The notes below the pieces were generated by a model. That model was not told the DNA's origin and made no database searches. It worked only from the letters and a program-made list of their open reading frames with translations. Below, one piece after another: positions 1 to 12,840 of a stretch of DNA of 64,000 bases; the stretch's first letter is position 1; each line of letters starts with the position of its first letter. The DNA is from Macrostomum hystrix. Lineage: Eukaryota > Animalia > Platyhelminthes. Both the position numbers and the translations under genes were made by a program. The stretch is taken from the NCBI GenBank assembly GCA_950097015.1, contig CATNEN010000009.1, positions 1,612,001-1,676,000 of the forward strand, read 5' to 3'.

Positions 1-44
1 GTGATGAGGAGGCAGAGCATGGCCAGGGTCTTTGAGACGCCCAT
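1..44 (-). CDS. Possible start of a secreted-protein gene running off the left edge (MGVSKTLAMLCLI...)
   Basis: Minus-strand ATG at 44 is followed by a signal-peptide-like hydrophobic run. Only 14 codons are visible. Confidence 0.25.
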   Translation of the reverse strand, partial: MGVSKTLAMLCLLI

Positions 45-564
45 TGCTGCTGTTGTTGTTGCCAATATCGAAGGAAAATTGGCGATTGAAGTTGCTTGCA
101 AGTTTGCCTTTCTGGAAATTTCTTTTTCTACCAAACGGGTCGCTACTCGGACAGCGCGAGACAAATTTCCTGTTTTGAGTCGGCTGAGCTCAAGAAAATA
201 GACTCACTCGATTGTCTCAGGGCAAACCGGGTTTTATGCTGCTGCAATGTGGGCCAGCCAACCCTTTCTCAAATTGCCATTGTAGAGTTTTTCATTCTTC
301 TGCTCAATTGGCCAGTTCTGCCATTGAGCTGGCCCAGTGTTTAGCGAGCCCCACAAGCCAGCACTCCAGCCAGCTGGTAATGGCCCAGTGTCAACTGTAG
401 CCTAAGTGCTCATCCATATTGACATTATTCAAATAATAGTATTGTCTAGAGTAGCTTTTTGAGTTTGAGTCATGCGACAACTGGACTGGCTTGACTGAAA
501 CTATGGGCAATGCTATTGAATAATAGATAGTAAATAATAGATAATGATAGATGCGTATGTGGCA

Positions 565-1345
565 TGGAAGCAGAGGGAATGGAAGCAGAGGGAATGGAAG
601 CAGAGGGAATGGAAGCAGAGGGAATGGAAGCAGAGGGAATGGAAGCAGAGGGAATGGAAGCAGAGGGAATGGAAGCAGAGGGTATGTAAGCAGAAGGCAT
701 GGAAGCAGAGGGCATGGAAGCAGAGGGCATGGAAGCAGAGGGAATGGAAGCAGAGGGTATGGAAGCAGAAGGCATGGAAGCAGAGGGCATGGAAGCAGAG
801 GGTATGGAAGCAGAGGGCATGGAAGCAGAGGGCATGGAAGCAGAGGGCATGGAAGCAGAGGGCATGGAAGCAGAGGGAATTGAAGCAGAGGGAATGGAAG
901 CAGAGGGAATGGAAGCAGAGGGAATGGAAGCAGAGGGAATGGAAGCAGAGGGTATGTAAGCAGAAGGCATGGAAGCAGAGGGCATGGAAGCAGAGGGCAT
1001 GGAAGCAGAGGGAATGGAAGCAGAGGGTATGGAAGCAGAAGGCATGGAAGCAGAGGGCATGGAAGCAGAGGGTATGGAAGCAGAGGGCATGGAAGCAGAG
1101 GGCATGGAAGCAGAGGGCATGGAAGCAGAGGGCATGGAAGCAGAGGGAATTGAAGCAGAGGGCATGGAAGCAGAGGGCATGGAAGCAGAGGGCATGGAAG
1201 CAGAGGGAATTGAAGCAGAGGGCATGGAAGCAGAGGGCATCGAAGCAGAGGGCATGGAAGCAGAGGGCATGGAAGCAGAGGGCATGGAAGCAGAGGGCAT
1301 GGAAGCAGAGGGCATGGAAGCAGAGGGAATGGAAGCAGAGGGCAT
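565..1345. repeat. 15-bp minisatellite (GGAAGCAGAGGGMAT)n with a 270-bp higher-order duplication
   Basis: The unit is directly visible. The variant landmark GGTATGTAAGCAGAAGGCAT recurs at 681 and 951. Confidence 0.97.
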
Positions 1346-1805
1346 GGGATTCTAAGCGGCAAAGAGATGTGAATAGATCAGAAACTCTAGCGAAAGTGCA
1401 CAGATCTGTTTGCCTGGCAGATGCAGTACGGCAATGTACTTAAATTCTATCGTCTATGTGAAGCAGATTGAGAGAGTACGGTGACACTGGTAATCATGGC
1501 TCAATGTACTCAACGCCGCTTCTAATTGCTTGGTTTCTAAGAAAACTAGCCCAACCTACCCCTGTGTGCGCATCTGTCAGGACAGAAAAAGATAGTGTAC
1601 ATTGTCACCCAGCCGCCCACCCCACCCACCCACAAAGTATACTTGCACACTGCACGCTTAAAATTGGGCTGCATCAGCTGTACTGTTGAACTATCCTGGC
1701 TCTGAACATTATTTTTGCTGTTGATGTACAGAGTATTATACGTTTAATAATATAAGTCTGTCTTTCACTTTCTGAAGCACTACAATTCATAGACACGAAA
1801 GAGAA

Positions 1806-4800
1806 ATGCGTTCGCGTGGTCCACCTCAGCAACAACCCCGGGGGCAACGTCCCCACCACCAGCAGCAGCACCAGCAGCACCAGCAAAGGTTCGATGACTA
1901 CTGGACTCAAGAGGTGAGAAGTTTTGAACGAAAAGTATTTTATCTTGTCCTGTCTCTTGTCCCATTCATTGGCGTCGACCTCAGTCTTTATTATTATTAT
2001 TATTAAATTATTATTATATAAATGCACATGCTTAACGTGATCATCTTTTGAAATAAAACATGATTGTTAATTATAGGTAATTATGTGATTTAGTTCAATA
2101 TTAGACGAACGTAAGGAAAGTGGGACTGTACTCGTAAAAAAGCATTAATCGGATGGATCGAGTTACTCGAAAAAATGCGTAAAAACGAACCAGGTGCGCA
2201 CATTGTTGCTTTAATTCTTGATATTGTTTGGCATTAAAAATTTCCTTACTCTTTCTAGGGCAGCTGCAGTCTCGCAATCTCTGTTAAGTCTTCTATGTAC
2301 TTTGCTAGCTTTCCTGGTACCTTAGATTTTTTCTTGCACCATTAAAAAAGGGCTTTTGTCTTCAGCTGTGAGACTAGGAAAGTTCTTTACAATGTCCTCA
2401 ACGAAATTTTCCCTGACCGCCTTATAAGGATCCCAGTTGCACCGGAAAAGAAAATGCACTTAATTTTCTACCTAGCGCAAATTCTGTTTTCATAAGGGAT
2501 TTTCGGCGAACAGAATGAATCGTTTCGCAAACCAGTCTGTGATTTCCTAGACGAAAATTTCAGTGTGCGCCTGTGTTCCGGGTTTGAGACATTGGATAGA
2601 TATTTGTCATGGCACTGAGCAGGCAGCAATGAGAATTCAGCATCCACCCCGCTCGCCATGCAGCAGGTGGCTCGGGGCCTGTCGGCGGGCCACCTGCTTG
2701 TTGGCCAGCTCCGCATCAGCAGGCGGAACAATGAACTGGCCTTCGTGGATCATCCCGACGGTGACGCCGACTTGATGATCAGCGGTCTCATCGATCGCAA
2801 TCGAGCCCTCAACGATGACGAGGTGGCCGTGCTAATTAAACCGGTGAGCAGCCGGTTGAGTCTAGACTCAAATTCAATTAAGGCACTTAATTTTGGCTAA
2901 TCAGCGCGTGCCTTGACATTAGACAGTTGTGTAGAAGAAAAATACACACTTGACCTGAATCGCATGTGAGTTTGAGCATGGGCAAACTCAGATTCACAAG
3001 CCCATTACGATCCCCCTGTCTCATCTCTCCCCTGCTTAATCTCTCTTCTGTCACAAATTTGGCTGGACCTCAACCGTGAACAATGTCTCTATAGCGCAAT
3101 GCCCACTCCAGGTCGGTCTCTGGCGAGTGCTGGGTTTCCGCGGCCCCGCCACCGCCAACGCCGAGGCTGAGGAGCCGCCCACTGTGTCATCGGTCCTCAG
3201 CTCCGGGCAGGCGGTCTTCGCCGACCTCTTTCCTGGAACGAATTTCGACGAGTCGACTGTTGCGAGGCTCCTGAAATCGAACGCGGATCCATGCCGACCC
3301 CTGCCGATGGACCGGGTTCAGCGGGTGGGGCAGGTGGTGGCCATTGTGCGCCACTTGGCCAGTCGAAACTTTGTTGGTCGTGTGAAGCCCCGGCCTGGCC
3401 AGGTGAGAGTGAAGCCTTGATATGTCGCATCAGCTTTGAGTCCATCCTCAGATAAGGGCCTTTGAGCAACCATTCTCATTCTCATTCTCATGCTCATGCT
3501 CATGCTCATGCTCATGCTCATGCTCATGCCACCTTGCAGCAGAACATGGACATCTTTGAGCCGTCGGACATTCGCCAGCCGCGCTGCAACGTGCCGCGGG
3601 CGGAGCTGGAAGTTTTCCAACGCCAGCCGACCGACCTCCGCCGGACGCTGTTCGTTGCCGAGCTGACAAGCTGGGCGCCGAGCTTCTTCATGCCGAAGGC
3701 GCGGCTCTGCCGGAAGCTGGGCGAGCGCCAGGCGGCCCGCATCGACCTGGAGCTGGAGACGCGAGTGCTGCTGGAGGATCTCGGCATCGAGTCCGAAGAT
3801 CCAACTGCCGACGACTGGATTGACGATGCCGAGGTCGGCAGCGGGCTGTCGAGCTGTCGATGGGATTTTCGCGACCCGTCGCGCTACTGCCTGTTCACGG
3901 TGGACAAGGAGCTGGCCCAGGACTTGGACGATGCCGTGCACTACCGAGCTCTTGAGGGCGGACTCTGTGAGGTTCGCGCCAATGTCCTCTTGGGGCGTGA
4001 TATTAAAGTCAGGGCAGATGTACACACCTGTGCGAGCGAGTGCCTGCGTACAGTATCTGTGTGCGTGTGTGCTCAGGAGTCAGCGGAAAGGGCAGAGTTG
4101 CCTCCTCGGTGGCTGCAGGTCTAGTGTCACCAAATGATGTGCCATTGCCAACAGCCCGCCTGGTTTGGGCGCTGAGTTTAGATGCTGAGGTGGTCTGTTT
4201 ACATGAACAGGTTGACAACTGCCCCGGCTGCAAAATGATTCATTTTAACTGCAGGTGGGCGTGCACATCTCGGACGTGTCGCATTATGTTCGCCCGGGGA
4301 CTCAAATCGATTCAGCAGCCCGAGCGCGCGCCGCCACCACCTACCTGGTGCAGCGCTCCTGCAACATGCTGCCGCAGCACCTGTGCGAGGACATCTGCTC
4401 GCTGAAGCCGCGCCGGGATCGCCTGGCTTTCAGTGTGGTCTGGACAATGGACCCCGATACTGGCGACGTGAAATCCACCAAGTTCGGAAAATCGATTATC
4501 CGCTCTTGCAGCCAGCTGAGCTACACGCAGGCGCAGAAGTTTATCGAGGGTCACTCAGAACTTCAGTCGGATTCGGAAGCTGAGGTGAGAATCTCCCCCT
4601 CGATATCCCAGTCTCCACTGATCCCCAAAACTCCATCCCACCTGAAACTGTTCTCGTGGACAGGTGAAGCTCGGATTCCCCGAGGCGCCGCACACGGTGC
4701 AGTCCCTGGCAGACAGTGTGCGAGCTCTCCACCGCCTGGCAGCCACGCTGCTCGAGCGACGCTTGGCAAACGGTGCCCTGGCCATCGACCAGCCCAGGCT

Positions 4801-6865
4801 CATCTTTCGCCTCGGCGAGGTCGCCGACGCTCCTCCAATCGGGTTCGAGCTGAAGGAATCCGGCGACAGCAAGAGCATGATCGAGGAGCTGATGCTGCTC
4901 GCCAACTGCTCCGTGGCACTGAAGCTGCGGGATTCGGCGCCTCGGCTGGCTCTTCTCAAGCAGCAGCTGCCGCCATCAAGGCGAGCTCTCAGTAAACTGC
5001 TGAGAAGCGCAGCCACGTTAGGCGTGCAGCTGGACGTGACATCTGCCGGCGGCATTCAGGCCGGCATTCAGCAGGTGCTCATGGGCCTGAAAATCAAGAA
5101 AATGAAGGCTTAAAAATACGAAATCATAAATGAAACCCCGCACCTGCAGGCACGCCAGCAGCTGGATGCGGAGATGCAGCGGTACCTGCTCCAACTGTGC
5201 GTCTCGCCGATGCAGCGAGCGCAAAATTTTTGCATCGGCGGCGCGGCTACTCTGAGAAAGCCGGAGCTGTGGCGCCACTACTCGCTCAACGCGCCGGTGT
5301 ACACGAACTTCACCTCGCCGATTCGGCGCTACGCGGACATTGTGGTCCACAGGCAGCTGTGCGCTGCGATCTGCACCGAAGCCGGTCGTGAAGCGGACCT
5401 GTCCGCCAGATCGGTGAACAAATTCTAAAAAAATTACTTTTGTTGAGTCTCTACGGGCTTGCTCATGCCAGAGAGTGGGATAGGGATGATGTATGGGATG
5501 ACGCAAACAGGATGACGCAAACAGGATGACGCAAACAGGATGACGCAAACAGGATGACGCAAACAGGATGACGCAAACAGGATGACGCAAATACGATGAC
5601 GCAAACAGGATGACGCAAACAGGATGACGCAAACAGGATGACGCAAACAGGATGACGCAAACAGGATGACGCAAATAGGATGACGCAAACAGGATGACGC
5701 AAATAGGATGACGCAAACAGGATGACGCAAACAGGATGACGCAAACAGGATGACGCAAACAGGATGACGCAAACAGGATGACGCAAACAGGATGACGCAA
5801 ATAGGATGACGCAAATAGGATGACGCAAATACGATGACGCAAACAGGATGACGCAAACAGGATGACGCAAACAGGATGATGCAAACAGGATGACGCAAAC
5901 AGGATGACGCAAACAGGATGACGCAAACAGGATGACGCAAACAGGATGACGCAAACAGGATGACGCAAACAGGATGACGCAAACAGGATGACGCAAACAG
6001 GATGAAACGAAACTAAAAAGCCAGTATCGGGAGGACGCCGCGAATTTAAATTTCGTTTGGTTTCGCTTGAATTTGGTCAGTTCTGTTTATCCGAGGTGCG
6101 ACCATCCGACTCGGCCCGGGATAAACAGCCAATACTCAGACCGGGGTGAACGCGAGTTTTAGCCAGCGGCTAAAACAAAAACAAAAAACCTTCACAGCAA
6201 ATAACAGCGCAGCAGAGTTCACACACAAGGCGGGGTGGGGTTGAGGCCTCCCGCAGCACTGACCCTGCTCAGCCAGGCCGGTGTGCTTGTTAACTGAGCC
6301 GTTTGACAATCCGATCGAATTGAAACCCGCAGACAGAGTCGGTGCAAAGTCTGGTTGAGCTGGCCCGCCACTGCAACAAGAAGGAGAAGGAGGCTAGCGA
6401 GGCTGGCAGGCGCAGCACCGATTTGTACTTTGCCGCGTTCTTCCAGGCGGGCAAACATCCGATGCGAGAAGTTGGCCGCGTTGTGGGCGTGCTGGACAAT
6501 GCCCTGGACCTCTTCCTCACCGGCTGCGGACTGGAGTGCCGTCTGTTTCTGGACAAGCAGGAGGACCTTCGCCACTTCCAGGTCGAACCGGAGCAGGTGC
6601 GATGTCTATTAATCAATCAATCTACGTGTATCTATCAACCTATTCATCAATCTATCAATCTGCCATTCTATCTATCCATCAGGTGGTCGCGCTGCACTTC
6701 AAAGGCTGCGAGTCCGACAGTCACCGGCTCAAACTGCAGCCGAAGTCCCGGCTAGACGTCGATTTCGTCAGCTGCCAGCTGAGAGACGGCCGACCGATGC
6801 GGCTGATGTTGAGCCTGAAGCCGCCAGCCTGTGAGCTGTGCTCAGCGGCCTCAGGCAGCCGCTGA
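1806..6865 (+). CDS. DIS3L2: DIS3-like exonuclease 2 (RNase II/RNB family), 9 exons: 1806-1913, ~2667-2843, 3112-3402, ~3540-3971, 4255-4584, 4664-5074, 5150-5413, 6333-6596, 6683-6865
   Basis: Cold-shock motif GQLRI...[10 protein letters not shown]...[10 protein letters not shown]; catalytic TVD...DLDDA; EVGVHISDV; [10 protein letters not shown]; [32 protein letters not shown] junctions keep the frame. Confidence 0.92.
3470..3528. repeat. (CATTCT/CATGCT)n hexamer microsatellite at the 3' end of DIS3L2 intron 3
   Basis: Directly visible. Confidence 0.9.
4005..4165 (+). mobile_element. Dispersed SINE-like family B, 3' part, in DIS3L2 intron 4
   Basis: GGGCAGATGTACACACCTGTG...GCTCAGGAGTCAGCGG...GGGCAGA...CCTCCTCG...GTGTCACCAAATGATGTGCCA matches the reverse complement of the 39025-39170 and 41160-41295 copies. 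Confidence 0.8.
5488..6003. repeat. 14-bp minisatellite (GGATGACGCAAACA)n in DIS3L2 intron 7
   Basis: Directly visible, about 36 units. Confidence 0.97.
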
Positions 6866-7409
6866 TGGAATCGAACTCCGGCTCTCCAATCGCTGGACGG
6901 TCATTTCTCTCTCACTTCCTCAAATGCCAGAAATGCGTTACTTTGTTCTACGCTAAACTATAAAATAATAATAATAATAAAATTATAAAATGTGACTTCT
7001 GAGGACCCTTCAATAAAGTTTATCACGAGCTTGTAATTAATATAATAGATTACAACAGCCCAAGATGTGCAGCCGACAGCCGCAGCTATTGCGCGGCGCA
7101 TCTGAAGCTGCATACGGCTGTTCAGCACATGAGAAAGTCATAGATGGGTTTCCGCATCTAGCTAATGCAGGTACTGTGGCGGCCAAGCCCGCACGCAGCG
7201 CCGTCTGCGGTGCAGTCACACTCAAACCCCGGCCGCCTAGCCGAGGGGTGGGTGCACCGCCCGCCGGCGCGCTAAGCCGGGGGGTGTTTTGACTCCCGCC
7301 ACGCTCTCGCACCTCCCCACGCTCAATACGCTCGTATATAAAGAACTTTGGATAATAAATTTGTATATGCATCTTTCTCGCGCATTTCATTTTGCGAGAC
7401 GCTAAAGTA

Positions 7410-7545
7410 CCCCTTTAACAGCTGGGTGAACGAAAGCAATGCAGAGTTCAGACACAAATTATTCCAGTTGAGCCGGGAATCGAATCCCGACCTTCAATTC
7501 GTGAGTCCGACGCTCTAGCCACCAGGCTAAACCTCCTAAATAAGA
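7410..7545 (-). mobile_element. tRNA-derived SINE family A with V-SINE-like core
   Basis: Minus strand reads TAGCCTGGTGGCTAGAGCG (A box)...GGGATTCGATTCCC (B box), then TTTGTGTC...GTTCACCCAGCTGTTAAAGGGGTAC. Related copies lie at 37615 and 53000. Confidence 0.75.
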
Positions 7546-7552
7546 ATTCCTG

Positions 7553-7715
7553 CAGGAGGTCTGTGGCAAATGGCACAATATTTTGGTAGCCTGCAAGGAG
7601 ACAATTCTCTCCATTTCGTTGGCTACTGAGCACACAGATTCGTACGCAGCCATTACGCTCACACAGAGGTGCATATCTGCTCTGACTTTCTGATTGTCAG
7701 GTAGTGTACACTAAT
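7553..7715 (-). mobile_element. SINE-like family B, diverged copy abutting the family A SINE
   Basis: CGCTCACACAG..GTGCATATCTGCTCTGA...TCAGGTAGTGTACACT aligns with 39140-39200. Confidence 0.65.
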
Positions 7716-8248
7716 CAGAATAATCAAGCTAATCAAGCTAATTGTCACCCTTTCTCACCACTCAACAATTCAAGACGGATTCAGGCAGACTGGAAGCAGC
7801 TGTCAGACAAGTGAGGTCGACTTCCTTAATCAATTATTGAAAGAAGAAAATATTTAAGGAGGCTTAAAATAAGTTCAAGAGCCCATTGTGTCGTGAGCCC
7901 TAAAGTTTGCGAATATGTATGAAATTTCCGACACCCGATGCCATTCGTTTGGTCTTTAAAGCATTTCTTGTTTGAATAAAGGTAGAATTTTTGCATATTC
8001 TAACACGTCTGACCAAGCTGTGTTAGAATCACATTTTTTCAATCGCCAACATTCGCCCTATTTGCTATTGCTAGTGACTGCAGCAATTCCACGCGGACAT
8101 CGTTTGCTCCGTTGCCGAGGAAACAAAAAGCACCGGTTTGTGTGCTTTGCGGAACATGCGAGGCCTGCATTTTTGTCTAGGAAGCTGCTTGCAAAGTACT
8201 TCGTCCACTGACTAAAATTCAACTAGGAATTGCCGCAGAGGAAGCCTC

Positions 8249-9012
8249 AGACACTGCCTTAGACACTGCCTCAGACACTGACTCAGACACTGACTCAGAC
8301 ACTGACTCAGACACTGCCTCAGACACTGACTCAGACACTGACTCAGACACTGCCTCAGACACTGCCTCAGACACTGCCTCAGACACTGCCTCAGACACTG
8401 CCTTAGACACTGCCTCAGACACTGCCTTAGACACTGCCTCAGACACTGACTCAAACACTGCCTCAGACACTGCCTCAGACACTGCCTCAGACACTGCCTC
8501 AGACACTGCCTCAGACACTGCCTCAGACACTGCCTCAGACACTGACTCAGACACTGCCTCAGACACTGCCTCAGACACTGCCTCAGACACTGACTCAGAC
8601 ACTGCCTCAGACACTGCCTCAGACACTGCCTCAGACACTGCCTCAGACACTGCCTCAGACACTGACTCAGACACTGCCTCAGACACTGCCTCAGACACTG
8701 ACTCAGACACTGCCTCAGACACTGCCTCAGACACTGCCTCAGACACTGACTCAAACACTGCCTCAGACACTGCCTCAGACACTGCCTTAGACACTAACTC
8801 AGACGCTGCCTCAGACACTGCCTCAGACACTGCCTTAGACACTGCCTCAGACACTGCCTCAAACACTGCCTCAGACACTGCCTCAGACACTGACTCAGAC
8901 ACTGACTCAGACACTGCCTCAGACACTGCCTCAGACACTGACTCAGACACTGCCTCAGACACTGCCTCAGACACTGACTCAAACACTGCCTCAGACACTG
9001 ACTCAGACACTA
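8249..9012. repeat. 12-bp minisatellite (CAGACACTGMCT)n
   Basis: Directly visible. Confidence 0.97.
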
Positions 9013-10595
9013 ACTCGGTGGTGAAGTCGGTGGCTTCACCAGTACTCTACAGAATCGCTTGAACTAAGCGCGCAAAACTGACTGAAAGCACGAATGCCAA
9101 ACGATGAAGTTTGATAGGATTTAAGTCTGCTGCACCTGTGACAACAACAGCAGCTCATTCCCAAAGAATCCCCCAGAATGTTTAAACAAGAACATGTTAT
9201 CAATGCTTTCAGCATTTCACGTCCTCTGAAATCTTATTTGTTTCTCATAAACGCGAGCACAAAAATGATTTTGAGTTTGCTTGCCAAGCCGCTGAACATA
9301 TTTCTGAACGTAATCTGATAATCTAGGCTTTTAATGCTTTCATAAAAAGCGTGAAGCAAAGCATCACATTAGCTTGAGTGCGTTTCGGCATATTCTACTT
9401 GAGAATAGCTCAGCTGAGACTGCTCAACTGTTTTCTGGTCAGCTTCTGGTCAGCCGTGAACCTCTGAAAATCGACCCTCTAAGCTTTAACAGTAGGACTA
9501 GCTACCAAGCGATTTTGCCACCCGTTTTTATAGCAACGGAAGGTGGAATTTTTCCCTGAAAAAATCTTTAAAACCTTTTGGCAGCGCCTGAATCCTGACG
9601 GCGTTGGGTGGTGACTGATTGATTGAGAGACTAGGCGATGGTATCTGTTCTTTGGGAATGAGATGCAGCTGTTTTCACAGGTGCAACAGAATCAAACCTT
9701 GTGAAACTCAATCATTTGGCTGCAAGTGTGAAAGGTCGTCAAGTTCTTTTAACCACCGAATGGAATGCTGGGCCAGTGGTCCAGTATGGAATGTCCCGAA
9801 AACTGAGAATGAAGTTGTTCAACGCCCCAGCGAAAAACACAGCTTAGGATATTACAATTGAGACTTCTTTTGCACGCATTCGGTTTAAGAATAATTTATG
9901 ACAATGTTTGTATTCAAGCGTACCAAAATTTCAAGCAAGTCATCAATTATGCCAAGCAGTTCTTGTGAACAACAGCCTCTCAGGACACAACACAATAACT
10001 CTTGTAATGACTTCATATATTAAATTGAGTCTTCGCAGTAAGAGACGGTTTTTACAGCACTGAAACAATTGAAAAGCAGCAGGGTCAAGCACTTTAGGTC
10101 GAGAATCATACACAAGTATATAAACCAATTAAGTGATATCGAGAGGGGGTTGAAGGGTATAAGTAGTGCGGACGAGCCAGAGGGTAACAACTGAAAAGGA
10201 GGGGTAAGGAAAGAGAGACCAACAACCTAGCCTACTAGCCAATCAGAGGCGAGGGAGAGGAGAGAGAAGTGAGGGACAGAGGGACAGCATAAACAAACAG
10301 AGAGAAAGGAGAAGTAATAAAACACTTCTTATGTCGTCTGGGCAATGCTCACCTGAAAATCCATATTCTACCACGCTCTTCCAAATGCGGGAAGGCTGCA
10401 CTGACGGTACTACTACGAGTATAAGCAACCTCAGCTTCAAAAACTTTACGAAAATTCGGCTTTCAGCCAATGGAGCGACGTTGATATAGCGGAGCGGAAT
10501 ACTTCCGAGCGTAAAAGCTGCTCCGTCATGTGAAAGTGAGCCAACGAACTGCCTTTACGAATTGCCCTTAAAAAGTGTTCAGCTTGCAGCAAGAA

Positions 10596-11929
10596 ATGAA
10601 GCCTATTAAGTTTGACTCTGGAGCTTTGATCGGGGCACTATCACTGGCAATTATGAGCAGCCCATTACTGGCATGCAGCGACTGCTCTGTTGTGTACGAA
10701 CTGCTGACCGACGGCTGCCCCGCCAATCTGGTTGAATCCACGCTGCAGACCGCGGCGAGCGAGCCGGAGTGCGTTCTCCAATGCACTCTTCGCCCCGACT
10801 GCCGGCTGTCCGTGTACTTGCGGGACAGCGCCGCCTGTCACAGCCTGCCCGAGGTGCCACCTTTCTCTGGCCTCTGCAGAGCCGGAGCGGTAACGAGGCG
10901 CAAGCTTGCCTCGAACAACGGTGAGAAACTGGGCGAGTATTCGCCTGATTTGCAGTGACAACTCAAACGCCTCACCGATGTTTCAGCCCCAACCCGACCA
11001 GCCGGAAGAACCCCAGATCCGCTGACGACAGCGCAAACTGGACGCAGCGCTAGCAGCGCCTATCCGAGCAGCTCGACTGTACCGCGCACAACACGATCGA
11101 TGTGGCCTACACCTTCCGCTGCTTCGACACTGAATGTGTCAGCACTGAGCTTCGCTTCTCGTGTACTTCTTTGGTACGACTTCAGGAAGGGCTACAGAAA
11201 CCTGGCCAACCTGTCGCAGTACACCTACATCGCTACACCTGTTAATGTCGTCGAGCTCGACACTGTCAGAGGAGCTCGCCTAACGGGCTCCAACTCTTAC
11301 ATTGCAGTCAGCACTGCCAACTTTTTCACGAAGTTTAAAAGCGGCCAAAAGTTCTCGTTCTTCTTTCAGGGACAATTCGCAGTAGCTGGAAGGCAAGCAC
11401 GAGAAGTTAAAGGCAAAGCCGTTATTCAGATAAAATAAAAACGAATGCTGATATCTAAAAGCTCTAATTTTTAACCGATGCACCTCCTGATTCCAGTGAT
11501 GTTTGCATTAGCTCATTCCACGACTGCTCGACCAATTACTACGTGAGCTACTGGAACGTGAAGAACAATGGAGGCATTCACTCGCGAACCTATTGCGTTG
11601 ACAGTTCCCACCAGTACAACTACGTAAATTCACAGCAAGTTTTTTCCACGGACAGCACTCAGAGATTAAGCTCTGTCGGAGTGACTTTCACCGGCTCCAA
11701 CTACAAGAACAGGTGGTACATGAACGGTACATTGTATGCCACTGAGTCACCAAGCAGCAACGGTGGTAGCGCTGTTGCTAGCCAGTACTACGACTGCTTG
11801 CGAATCGGCGACTGCCACACAGCCGGGCCGGGAGACTTCACTGGATGGCTTCAGTGCTGGGGCTTCGTGACTGACTATCTGGACCAAGCCCAGTTTGACA
11901 GCTTGCGCGAACTTTGCAACAGCTCCTAG
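10596..11929 (+). CDS. Secreted protein: signal peptide, Cys-rich PAN/apple-like module, S/T linker, LamG/concanavalin-like domain; exons 10596-10920, 10987-11392, 11497-11929
   Basis: Hydrophobic N-terminus; C..C...C pattern (ECVLQCTLRPDC); LLWYDF...GARLTGSNSY; LRIGD...FTGWLQC. The three ORF pieces join in frame with a phase-1 GT-AG and a phase-2 GC-AG intron. Domain names are from pattern recognition only. Confidence 0.7.
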
Positions 11930-12840
11930 ACCTGTTCCAGAGCTGACACGGCGTTGATCGGAAGTCAGACAATAATTTTTTGTGAAATTTAAACCTTTTG
12001 TAAGGCAGGTTTTCCCTGAACCAAAAGTTGTTTTTTTATTCAAACTCTGCGCATAGCAACGGTGCGCCCTATGCTGCAGGTACTGTTGGCGCGCAAAGCA
12101 TAACAAAAGTCTCAGGGCCATTCTAACAAAGCAAAGCTCTGGCCCGGCCAAACAGTAGCAGCTGCAGAACCTCAGCAGCATCGCATCCGGCAGTTTCCTT
12201 TGCAGGAGTCACCTCCAGAAATTTCCGGTTTATTCAAGAAAGCTAGCAGAAAGTTTTTCGCAGACTGAAACAATCGGGTAATTGTCACGCGTCTTTGACC
12301 AAAGAATTAATGTCTGCGCGCACCTCTACTTTCCCAAAAAATTACCAAATTGGGCGATTACTCTTCTTGGTATCTTTGCGTTTGCGCCGCCGCCGATGCT
12401 GTAAATCTAAAATCAGACTATCTTTTGTCTAAATTTGTCAGTTTTAATTAAATACCTTTCTCATCCAGGTATGAGCGTTGCATTGAAATGAATTTGGAAA
12501 TACGATCGAGTTTCACTACGAGAAAGGGCAGAGCTTTCTTTATTAAACGGTACCTAAGTTTAGCAGCAGCGGCTATAAAAGTGACAGCTACAGCGTAAAC
12601 GGCTTTCCAAGAAACAGGGTTTCTAAGAAACGGATAAAAATTCCAATTACGCAGGTTCAGCCAGAGATTTAGCACAAACTACAGTACAAATAGTTTGAAC
12701 GAACTGAAAAACTTATCACAATTCTGTTAACACTCCGCGTGAGAATGCATAGAGTTAGTGATGAGGAAGCTGTCAAAATAGAATCAAGGAAAAAACAGAG
12801 GGCAAAGCTTGGATTTGTTGAATCTGCTATTCCAGCGGCG

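Noticed and set aside
391-1443. Long ORFs on both strands (PCPLL, MPSAS, WKQRA, MEAEG repeats)
   Set aside because: They are translations of the 15-bp minisatellite; a unit divisible by 3 with few stops opens several frames at once.
5018-5996. Minus-strand [14 protein letters not shown] ORFs
   Set aside because: Artefacts of the 14-bp intronic repeat.
7085-7330. RNase P/MRP, SRP or telomerase RNA identity for the GC-rich island
   Set aside because: GAGAAAGTC resembles CR-I, but I found no matching P4 partner, SRP helix-8 motif or telomeric template. Kept only as an unassigned candidate.
7470-7545. tRNA gene
   Set aside because: It has A/B boxes but no acceptor stem closure and continues into a shared SINE body. 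The same applies to 29820, 37700 and 53010.
8212-9010. CLRQ / SEAV repeat proteins
   Set aside because: Translations of the 12-bp minisatellite.
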